Below are positions 63,174-64,000 of a DNA stretch of 64,000 nucleotides, in pieces (position 1 is the first letter of the stretch; each line of letters begins with the position of its first letter). A program made the translations under genes and the position numbers. The stretch lies in contig CACGNQ010000002.1 of assembly GCA_902574525.1 (NCBI GenBank), forward strand, positions 274 through 64,273, given 5' to 3'. This DNA is from an uncultured Pelagibacteraceae bacterium. Lineage in GTDB: Bacteria > Pseudomonadota > Alphaproteobacteria > Pelagibacterales > Pelagibacteraceae. The notes under the pieces were generated by a model that was not told the origin of the DNA, searched no databases, and was given only the letters and a program-made list of their open reading frames with translations.

Positions 63174-64000
63174 ATGGAAAAGAAAAAAATCAAATTAAAA
63201 TTATCAGGAAATTTAAAGAAATCTATATCAAATATTGAGAGAGCAAAAACTCAAGGTAAAAACTCTGTATTAATTGAAAAAAAAAATAATAAGTTTTCAA
63301 ATAAAAGATCCTTTAACTTTAGTAGACAAGATTTCAATCAAAAAAAAAATAATAATGCTCAATTAAAAACATCTAGTTTTGAAAAACCAACTGCTCCATC
63401 GAATGATTATGAGAAAAGAAAACTAGCAGAGCAAAGAGCAACTAGAAGATTAAAAGCAGAACCTGAAAAGAAAGATATAAAAGGTAAAGCAGTCTCAAAA
63501 AGAAGAGAACTAAAATTAACAGTTTCAAGAGCTTTAAGTGGTGATGAAGAGGGTCGTGCAAGAAGTATAGCATCTCTAAAAAGAGCAAAACAAAAAGAAA
63601 ATAGGAATATCCTAAAAGAGAATTCAAGAGAAGATTTAAAACCAGTTAAAAGAGAAGTGCACATACCCCAAGTAATTACTATAAGAGAATTAGCAAATAG
63701 GATGGCTGAACAATCTAGTAACATCATTAAACACCTTCTGGGAATGGGGGTAACAGCCACAATTAACCATTCGATTGATTCTGATACAGCTGAGTATCTT
63801 GTAAAAGAGTTTGGTCATAATCCTATTAAAGAGGAAAAAGCTGAAGAAATTATTAAAAAAATTAAAGAGACGAAGACAGAAAATTTAAAAAGTAGACCAC
63901 CTATTGTTACTGTTATGGGGCACGTTGACCATGGAAAAACATCGGTACTTGATGTTTTAAGAAAAGCAAATGTAGTTTCAGGAGAATTTGGGGGAATCAC
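63174..64000 (+). CDS. infB: Translation initiation factor IF-2; 3' end runs off the window
   Basis: Manual translation from ATG 63174 ([10 protein letters not shown]...) stays open to [35 protein letters not shown]. Confidence 0.95.
   Translation, partial: MEKKKIKLKLSGNLKKSISNIERAKTQGKNSVLIEKKNNKFSNKRSFNFSRQDFNQKKNNNAQLKTSSFEKPTAPSNDYEKRKLAEQRATRRLKAEPEKKDIKGKAVSKRRELKLTVSRALSGDEEGRARSIASLKRAKQKENRNILKENSREDLKPVKREVHIPQVITIRELANRMAEQSSNIIKHLLGMGVTATINHSIDSDTAEYLVKEFGHNPIKEEKAEEIIKKIKETKTENLKSRPPIVTVMGHVDHGKTSVLDVLRKANVVSGEFGGI

Noticed and set aside
63407-64000. Minus-strand ORFs at the right end
   Set aside because: Antisense shadows of the truncated infB.
1-64000. CRISPR arrays, tRNA/rRNA genes, IS elements, prophage or defence systems
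   Set aside because: No spaced repeats, cloverleaf motifs, transposase, integrase or phage structural genes were seen, and intergenic space is too small. The poly-A/T runs I checked are in-frame Lys/Phe codons, not phase-variable tracts.

Overview
Very AT-rich, extremely compact alphaproteobacterial chromosome segment. Gene order, minimal or negative intergenic spaces and Lys/Ile/Asn-rich proteins point to a SAR11/Pelagibacterales-type genome (inferred from composition and synteny only). The window spans the probable replication origin (DnaA-box cluster between the PDRP/maf/aroE/coaE/dnaQ operon and hemE), a perfect parS palindrome inside rsmG next to parAB, and mostly core genes (his, hslVU, hem, rho, mnmEG, leuS, porin, dnaKJ/grpE, maeB, murJ, trpS, fur, miaB, metK, nusA, partial infB). 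I saw no tRNA, rRNA, CRISPR, IS or prophage. The most interesting items are: (1) an mcl-mtkA-mtkB (malyl-CoA lyase plus malate thiokinase) cassette behind the his operon; (2) a 205-aa orphan carrying the TLSP and FHLxNGA catalytic motifs of malonyl-CoA decarboxylase in a miniaturised GNAT-like domain; (3) a 35-aa ArfA-like ribosome-rescue ORF with its own stop codon, absent from the ORF track; (4) a SPINDLY-like GT41 glycosyltransferase plus PAPS-type sulfotransferase pair between rho and mnmE; (5) head-to-head overlapping genes, RpoH-type promoters that may give leaderless mRNAs, and an attenuator-like terminator directly before nusA. All protein calls come from motif recognition by eye; no database search was run.
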